DNA of 12,706 nt from the NCBI GenBank assembly GCA_038245295.1, contig JBBRSP010000060.1:1-12706 (forward strand), read 5' to 3'. A program made the position numbers and the translations under genes. Under the pieces are notes generated by a model. That model made no database searches. It was given only the letters and a program-made list of their open reading frames with translations, and was not told the DNA's origin. Origin of the DNA: Candidatus Binatia bacterium (GTDB lineage Bacteria > Desulfobacterota > Binatia > HRBIN30). Shown here piece by piece: positions 6,902 to 12,706 of this stretch; the first letter of the stretch is position 1; each line of letters begins with the position of its first letter.

Positions 6902-9900
6902 ATGTTTGATCACACCCCACCCACCCTCGTTGCGATCGCCACGCGGACCCCGCGGTCGCGGCATCTCCTGGTGGGGCTCTCGATCCTGGTCGGATGGTTC
7001 GCCACCCCCGAGGCGCGAGCGGCTTGCAACCTGATTCCCAGCGCCTCGAAGACCTTCCGCGGTGCCCTTGGGGCGACCAATCGGCCGTTCGCGGCGCCCG
7101 GCGACTTCGTCGAGGTGGCGGTGGACACAATCCGGTGTGACACGGTGTCGGCCGGGTTCGCGGCCGCCGGTGCGGATCATGTGGTCACCTTGGTCTTCAA
7201 GCCCACCGGCGGCCAGGCCCGCGTGGTCGTTCTCCGGTCGGGCTCGTGCACCAGCGCGACAGCCAAGTCGCAGCAGCGCGCCTGCGAGGCCACGCCCGGC
7301 GTCGGCGTCGGTAACGTGTTGTGCGTGCGGGCCTCCATAGACGACCTGGCGGTCGTCGATCGCAACGGCATTCGCCGGCTGTCGTTCCGGTTCCCCGATA
7401 CCGACGCCTTTCTGGCCCCGGACGGCGACGACCGCACGCTCTCGGGCCCGGCAACCATCGCCGTCACCCCGACCGGGGCCGCGCTCCCGTGCGGCCTCGC
7501 GACCTCGTCCTGCGCCGCCGCGACGGGGACGGGGATGATCGCGTGCGTCGACGATCTGTACGAGGCCGACGGCACCTGTCAGGCGAACGTCGACGAGACC
7601 TTCGGGCACTTCACGGCGCTGCCACAGAAGAACGACTACTCGAACGTGTGCTTCGCGGACAGCCCGGTGCCGTGCACTGCGTCAGCGGCGGAGCTTCGCA
7701 TGACCACAGACGCCGCCGGGAACCTCCTCGTGCCGTTCGAGTGGTCGGGCATTCTCGTCAGCGACTCAGGCATCCCCGTGCCGCGGCTGTTGCGCGCGAC
7801 GCTGCGCTCGCCGCTCGCGTTCACCGTGCCCGACCCGGTATTCCTGGGCTCGTACACGCCCGAGGGCGCCAGGCTGCCGCCGATCTTCGAGCCGACGGCC
7901 GATCCGAGCGTCGCCGGCCAGGACGTGATCACTCTCTTCGGGTCGGCCGACGCGCCGTACACGATTCTCCGCATCGCGCGCCACGACGGCATCTGCTCGA
8001 ACGCACCGTGGCGAGCATGCGTGATCGACACCGATTGTCCGACGGGCGGGACATGCCCCAACGTGTGCGTCGGCGGTGGTACGCCGGGTGTCCCGTGCGC
8101 CAACGACGCCCAGTGCTCCCCTGGCGGCCGGTGCGGAGCGCTCTTCGACGATTTCAGGCCTCTCGTCAGCGGCGGTGGGCCGCTCCCCGTCGCACGCAGC
8201 CCGATCGGCGCCGGCATCTGCCAGCTCGAGCCGCACCAGTCTTGCACACAGCCCACGGACTGCGCGGGTCTGGGCAACACCTGCGTGACCTACGCCTTCG
8301 AGGCGCGCACGCCCGTCCCGCTGGAGAGTCTGTCGCAGGGGACTGCGGACCAGTTCGCGTTCTCCATCGCGGAGCGGGTCGATCTCGCCGACCACAACGG
8401 CGACGGCGACACGACCGACTCGGTGATCACGCTGCGTGATCGAGTGACGGGCCGCAGCCAGAACCTGGGCGCCCCGGCCGGTTGCGGCATCGCCGGAACC
8501 CCCGAGGGGCGTGCCGTCGCGCGCATCAACCAGCCCCCGTTCAGCTTCCCGGCGCTGGCCATCGAGAACGACATCCTGGCCTTTCTCGAATCGGAGCCGG
8601 GCTCGAAGCAGTGCGACGAGGACGGCAACGGCGACACCTCCGGGGCGATCGCGCGCGTCTTCCGGCTGGGCGCTCCGGGGACGGGCGAGATCGCCATGAG
8701 CCCCGTGCGTGGGGTCGACCCGAACCTCGTGGTGAACGGGCAGAGTCTCGCGGTATCGAACGGGCAGGTGTTTTTCCGCTCCTCCGAGCCGGCAATGGCC
8801 GCCCGAACCACGCAGCGCGTGAGCCTCACAACGGCTGGCCTTGGGCCGAACAACAACTCGTCCGCCGGCGCGCTCTCGGACGATGGGCGGTACGTCACCT
8901 TCTACAGCAACGCCACGGACCTGCCGCAGCCAAATTTCGGGGGCAGCTGCTCGAGCCTCTACCTGCGCGACCGAGTCGCCGGCACGACCGAGCAGATCGA
9001 CAAGGCTGCCGACGGCGGACCGCCGAAGTGCACCAGCCAAGGATCGACGGCTTCGAGAATGTCACCGGACGGCCGCTTCGTCGCCTTCGTGTCCGACGAT
9101 TGGAATCTCGAGAATACCGTGTTCAACCCGTCGATGGCAGGTCTCGACGTCCATCTCCGCGACCTCTGCATCTCGAACGGGGTCGCGGTCGTTGGCTGCA
9201 CGGCGTCGACGACGCGCGCCAGCGTGGCATCGGACGGCTCTTATTGTGCCTCGTCAACCGGGGGGTCGTTCGCGCCAGCGGTCTCGGACGACGGCCGCTT
9301 CGTCGCGTTCCGAAGCCCCTGCGCGAATTTTGGCGGCGCGGGTGTCTACGTTCGTGATACGTGCCGCTCGAACGGCGCCGCCGTCGCCGGCTGCACGGCG
9401 ACGACCCAGCGCGTGAGCGGCCTCCCTGGCGCGCCGGACCAGGGCAGCCTGCTCCTGGCGGGCGTCGATATGTCGGCCGACGGACGGTACGTCACGTTCG
9501 ATGCCTACATCTTTCCGTCGCCTCTTGCCCAAACACTCGTACACGACCGCTTGCTCGGCACGACGAAGCTCGTGAACTACAGCGAAGCCCCTGGGGGTAC
9601 ACATCCGAAGATCTCGGCCGATGGTCGCTTCATCCTCTTCGCCAGCTGGGGCAGTTTCGTGCCGGGCGATTCGAACGGTTTCGAGGATTTGTTCGTGTAC
9701 GACCAACTTCTCGGTACGACCGAGCGCGTGAGTGTCGGTACCGACGGTGCGCAGGGCAACGATGCGACGCCCGACTTTAGCTTGTCTCGAGATGGGCGGT
9801 ACGTGGCCTTTCGGACGCCGTCCTCAACCTTGCTCGGCGCCACGGGTGATACGAACGGCACGTCCGACGTCTTCGTGCGCGACCGGCTCCTCAACGTGAC

Positions 9901-11848
9901 CAAGCGCGTCAGCGTCGCCTACGACGGCGCCCAGCTGACGTCGGATGCCCTCGGCGCGAACATCTCCGGTGATGGGCAGACCGTCGCCTTCCAGAATGCC
10001 GCGGCCAATCTGCTGCCACCGGGTGTCGACACCAACGGCAAGGCCGACGTGTTCGTCCGCAGCGTCGACGCCGCCGATCCGCTTGGAGTCGATCTGCTGC
10101 TGTTTCACGACAACCGGCTCACCGACAATGTGCTCGAAGTCCTCGATACCGGGACGAACGCGCTTCACACGCTCTGCCCGGCGACCCAGGTCGCCGTCGC
10201 CGGCGGCATGGCCGCGTTCCTGCGCCCAGAGTCACCGGTTGCCACGTCGGCGTGCCCGGCGAACTCGCTGAACGGCGACGCCGACGTCACCGACGAAGTC
10301 GTGCAGTTCTGGTCCGGCACGGGCAACCCCGCGAGCCTCGGCGTCGCCGCGACGGCCGTCGCCATGTCCGACACGACCATCGCCGCGCTCGTCTCCGAGA
10401 GTGGGCAGAACGACACCATCCTGAACGGTGATGGCGACCGGACCGACACGGTGGTCGAGGTCCACCCAGCCACGGTCGGCGGCGTATGGACGAACACGGG
10501 GCAGGCCGCCGACTCGGTTCAGGTGTGCGGCCCGCGGGCGGTGTTCTTGACGCCCGAATGGGAGCAGGGCGCCGGCAGCCTGAACCCGCCGGACGCCGAC
10601 ACCACTGACCGCGTGCTGCAGATGTGGAACACGAGTGTCGGAAGCGGAAACCTGACCAACACCCAGCAGGAGGCCGAGGATTTCGTCTGCGGTCCGAGTC
10701 TGATCGCCTTCCGCACTCGCGAGGCGTCGCAGGGGCAGGACCTCGACGGCGACGGCGACATGTCCGACGACGTGCTGCAGGTCTACGACACCACGACGAA
10801 CACGCTCTACAACACGCACCAGCCGGTGACGGACTGTCAACTTCCCCAGTGCGATCCGCGCATCCCATACCGCGTCTTCGCGCGGTCGGTGAAGTTCCTG
10901 ACCGTGGAATGCGATCTGGGTGGCGTCGTGAGCTCGTTCCGGTGTCCGTCCGGTGGCACCGATCTCAACGACGACGGCGACGCCGACGACTTGGTGATCC
11001 AGCTCTTCGATGTCGCGACCGGCACCACCCGCGTGATCGGTACGGTGGCCAACGGGGGGAACCCACTCGCCGGCGGTGATCCGGGAACACCCAACGGCAC
11101 GGTGTACGTTTCGAGCGGGGCCTGCCTCGAAAGCGCGACCGGCAATGTCCAGAGCGTGTGTGTGACGACCGCCGACTGCCCGCCGGGCTCGACGTGCGAG
11201 CAGGTCAGCATTGTACCCGCGAGTCCGGACACCGACGGCGACGCGGTTCCCGACCACCTCGACAATTGCCCGCGCGATCCGAACCCGGGCCAGATCGACA
11301 CCGACGGCGACGGCATCGGTGACGCCTGCGATCTCCAGACCTGCGGCAACGGTGTGATCGAAGGCACCGAAGCGTGCGACGGGGTCGTCGCCGGGGGTTG
11401 TCCCGGCCCGTGCCAGGGCGACTGCACCTGCGTGTGCACCAACGTCGTCACCGACCCGAAGGCCAAGGTCCAGTTGAGGACCACGAAGGGCGCCGGCGTC
11501 CTCGTGGCCAAGATGACGATCGCCCTGCCGCCGTATCAGGGCGATCCCGTGCTCGTGCGCCTCGACGACGGCGACTCGGCGCCAATCGCCGAGCGGCTCT
11601 TTCCTGCGCTGCCGCCGGTCGGGAAGTCGGGGGCCACGTGGCGGTTCAAGTCGAAGTCCCTCGGGCTCCGGCAAGTGCAGCTGAAGAGTCTCGACCCGAA
11701 GCAGCCGGGCCTGTCGCAGATCGTGATCAAGGCGAAGCACTGGTTCACCGCCGCCCAGGCCAACGACACGGCGGCGAACACGCGGCTCACCGTCACGGTG
11801 GGAAGCACCCAGTGCTTCACGCACGTCCTCACGAAGAAGACGGACTGA
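6902..11848 (+). CDS. Large secreted multidomain protein (1648 aa): Cys-rich modules, DxNGDGD repeat domain, TolB/PD40-like propeller, thrombospondin type-3 repeat, CGNG Cys-rich repeat, basic C-terminal domain
   Basis: ATG 6902 preceded by GGAG; signal-like RSRHLLVGLSILVGWFATPEARA; seven SxDGRxVxF-type blades; eight DxxGDGD-type repeats; DTDGDAVPDHLDNCPRDPNPGQIDTDGDGIGDACD (TSP3); CGNGVIEGTEACD. Confidence 0.9.
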   Translation: MFDHTPPTLVAIATRTPRSRHLLVGLSILVGWFATPEARAACNLIPSASKTFRGALGATNRPFAAPGDFVEVAVDTIRCDTVSAGFAAAGADHVVTLVFKPTGGQARVVVLRSGSCTSATAKSQQRACEATPGVGVGNVLCVRASIDDLAVVDRNGIRRLSFRFPDTDAFLAPDGDDRTLSGPATIAVTPTGAALPCGLATSSCAAATGTGMIACVDDLYEADGTCQANVDETFGHFTALPQKNDYSNVCFADSPVPCTASAAELRMTTDAAGNLLVPFEWSGILVSDSGIPVPRLLRATLRSPLAFTVPDPVFLGSYTPEGARLPPIFEPTADPSVAGQDVITLFGSADAPYTILRIARHDGICSNAPWRACVIDTDCPTGGTCPNVCVGGGTPGVPCANDAQCSPGGRCGALFDDFRPLVSGGGPLPVARSPIGAGICQLEPHQSCTQPTDCAGLGNTCVTYAFEARTPVPLESLSQGTADQFAFSIAERVDLADHNGDGDTTDSVITLRDRVTGRSQNLGAPAGCGIAGTPEGRAVARINQPPFSFPALAIENDILAFLESEPGSKQCDEDGNGDTSGAIARVFRLGAPGTGEIAMSPVRGVDPNLVVNGQSLAVSNGQVFFRSSEPAMAARTTQRVSLTTAGLGPNNNSSAGALSDDGRYVTFYSNATDLPQPNFGGSCSSLYLRDRVAGTTEQIDKAADGGPPKCTSQGSTASRMSPDGRFVAFVSDDWNLENTVFNPSMAGLDVHLRDLCISNGVAVVGCTASTTRASVASDGSYCASSTGGSFAPAVSDDGRFVAFRSPCANFGGAGVYVRDTCRSNGAAVAGCTATTQRVSGLPGAPDQGSLLLAGVDMSADGRYVTFDAYIFPSPLAQTLVHDRLLGTTKLVNYSEAPGGTHPKISADGRFILFASWGSFVPGDSNGFEDLFVYDQLLGTTERVSVGTDGAQGNDATPDFSLSRDGRYVAFRTPSSTLLGATGDTNGTSDVFVRDRLLNVTKRVSVAYDGAQLTSDALGANISGDGQTVAFQNAAANLLPPGVDTNGKADVFVRSVDAADPLGVDLLLFHDNRLTDNVLEVLDTGTNALHTLCPATQVAVAGGMAAFLRPESPVATSACPANSLNGDADVTDEVVQFWSGTGNPASLGVAATAVAMSDTTIAALVSESGQNDTILNGDGDRTDTVVEVHPATVGGVWTNTGQAADSVQVCGPRAVFLTPEWEQGAGSLNPPDADTTDRVLQMWNTSVGSGNLTNTQQEAEDFVCGPSLIAFRTREASQGQDLDGDGDMSDDVLQVYDTTTNTLYNTHQPVTDCQLPQCDPRIPYRVFARSVKFLTVECDLGGVVSSFRCPSGGTDLNDDGDADDLVIQLFDVATGTTRVIGTVANGGNPLAGGDPGTPNGTVYVSSGACLESATGNVQSVCVTTADCPPGSTCEQVSIVPASPDTDGDAVPDHLDNCPRDPNPGQIDTDGDGIGDACDLQTCGNGVIEGTEACDGVVAGGCPGPCQGDCTCVCTNVVTDPKAKVQLRTTKGAGVLVAKMTIALPPYQGDPVLVRLDDGDSAPIAERLFPALPPVGKSGATWRFKSKSLGLRQVQLKSLDPKQPGLSQIVIKAKHWFTAAQANDTAANTRLTVTVGSTQCFTHVLTKKTD

Positions 11849-11850
11849 AG

Positions 11851-11904
11851 CGCCGCGGGGGGTCGTCGGGTGGTCGGCCCGACCAACCGGCGCGCGCCGC
11901 GGCG
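11851..11904 (+). terminator. GC-rich stem-loop directly after the large gene (possible terminator or 3' stabiliser)
   Basis: CGCCGCGG (11851-11858) pairs with CCGCGGCG (11897-11904); inner TGGTCGG-C-CCGACCA (11871-11885). No poly-U tail. Confidence 0.3.
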
Positions 11905-11923
11905 GACGAGAACAACCGGTTGA

Positions 11924-12015
11924 TCGAGAATTTCGAACCGGCCATGGAGAACGGCCAACGGGAGGCCAGCGCCCCAGTTGCCCGGTTCTTAATTCTCCAT
12001 TCGAAATTTTCCATT
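11924..12015. repeat. Imperfect inverted repeat built from 7-nt periodic units
   Basis: GAGAATTTCGAA (11926-11937) vs TTCGAAATTTTC (12000-12011), one mismatch; ATGGAGAA (11944-11951) vs TTCTCCAT (11993-12000). The right arm reads TTCTTAA TTCTCCA TTCGAAA TTTTCCA. Confidence 0.65.
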
Positions 12016-12139
12016 GGCGGTTACTTGCACCGTCGCCAAGGCCTCATCCTTCGCGCATAGCGCTACGGCTCACGAGTCGGCGTACCAGCGCGCTGGTAAT
12101 CGCCAAACGGCGCGCGAGGCTGCGCACGAGAGCAACCGG

Positions 12140-12177
12140 TCAACCATCCGTGTTGGTCCGTGTAATCCGAGGGTTGA
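12140..12177. repeat. Three tandem 9-10 nt TCCGTG-type units bracketed by TCAACC/GGTTGA
   Basis: ATCCGTGTTG GTCCGTGTA ATCCGAGGG at 12146-12173; 6-bp inverted flanks at 12140-12145 and 12172-12177. Confidence 0.55.
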
Positions 12178-12230
12178 AGGTTGTGGACTCGTCGCGCGCT
12201 GCAATGATTTCGACCGCTAGTAATACGAAG

Positions 12231-12706
12231 TTAGCGCCGCGGCCGCTTGGCGGCGGCTTCGAGCTCGCGGACGCGCGCCAGGGCGGCTTCCTTGGCGCAG
12301 CGTTCGTGCTCGACCAACGTCAGAGCGGCTTCCTTGGCTTTGCGTTCCTGCTCCTTGGCTTCGCGTTCGTGTTCCTTGTCGAGGCGCTCGCTCGCTGCCT
12401 CTTCTTCCGGAGTCGCCAGCAACTCGTCGCCACGCACACCCGTGGCCACACGCAGGCGCGTCTCGCCGTTGTCCCCGACCGCCCGTAGCCAGCAAGCCAG
12501 GACCTTGGAGCGGACGCGATCGCCATTGGTCGCTTCGATACGCACCAGGCCGCGTTTACTGATGCGCCGGAACACCTGCCAGCGCACGCGCTGTTTGTTG
12601 AGGCGATAGTCAGGATCGAACAGGATCAGTTCTTTGATGCCGAGCTCGATGTAGCGTTCGAGTACCTCGACGTAATCCTTCCGCCAGTCCTGCGACACCA
12701 CTTCGA
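12231..12706 (-). CDS. Uma2 (DUF820) family putative PD-(D/E)XK endonuclease, 3' part, with coiled-coil tail (partial, runs off window end)
   Basis: The frame is open to the window edge: EVVSQDWRKDY...ERYIELGIKELILFDP...RVRSKVLACWL...LLATPEE, then a heptad E/K/R/A-rich tail. The ORF-track start at 12701 is an internal Val. Confidence 0.85.
   Translation of the reverse strand, partial: EVVSQDWRKDYVEVLERYIELGIKELILFDPDYRLNKQRVRWQVFRRISKRGLVRIEATNGDRVRSKVLACWLRAVGDNGETRLRVATGVRGDELLATPEEEAASERLDKEHEREAKEQERKAKEAALTLVEHERCAKEAALARVRELEAAAKRPRR

Noticed and set aside
1866..11824. Long antisense or alternate-frame ORFs (e.g. 1866-3065, 5596-6582, 7321-8439, 7766-9040, 10232-11824)
   Set aside because: Shadow ORFs expected from high-GC codon bias; they overlap well-supported genes and show no recognisable motifs.
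12028..12057. Minus-strand CAKDEALATV resembling the Uma2 tail CAKEAALARV (12270-12299)
   Set aside because: Only 21/30 nt are identical, in low-complexity sequence, and the similarity does not extend either way.

Overview
GC-rich bacterial window; the protein styles (Cys-flanked C-terminal dockerin-like module, DUF1566 protein, Cys-rich surface protein) resemble Candidatus Binatia or related delta-proteobacterial lineages (inference). Left to right: (1) the 3' end of an HTH-terminated gene missed by the ORF track (1-150, possibly a RAYT/IS200-like Y1 transposase), followed by a short palindrome and AACGTCCCC; (2) a low-GC secreted DUF1566/Lcl-C gene broken by one in-frame TAA, with an intact 64-codon tail; (3) a secreted 14-blade Vgb-like double beta-propeller with a Pro/Thr linker and dockerin-like tail; (4) a DUF1348/SnoaL-like protein; (5) a stand-alone GIY-YIG nuclease; (6) a divergent RlmI/RlmK-family rRNA methyltransferase lacking the RlmI catalytic Cys; (7) a ~1650 aa secreted protein in which a 7-blade TolB-like propeller is inserted into an 8-repeat DxNGDGD domain; (8) a convergent spacer rich in repeats and palindromes; (9) a 5'-truncated Uma2 nuclease gene. 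The best candidate for an undescribed system is the left end (transposase-like gene, boundary motif, cassette-like low-GC DUF1566 gene), but the decisive sequence lies outside the window. All family calls come from motif recognition; no searches were run.
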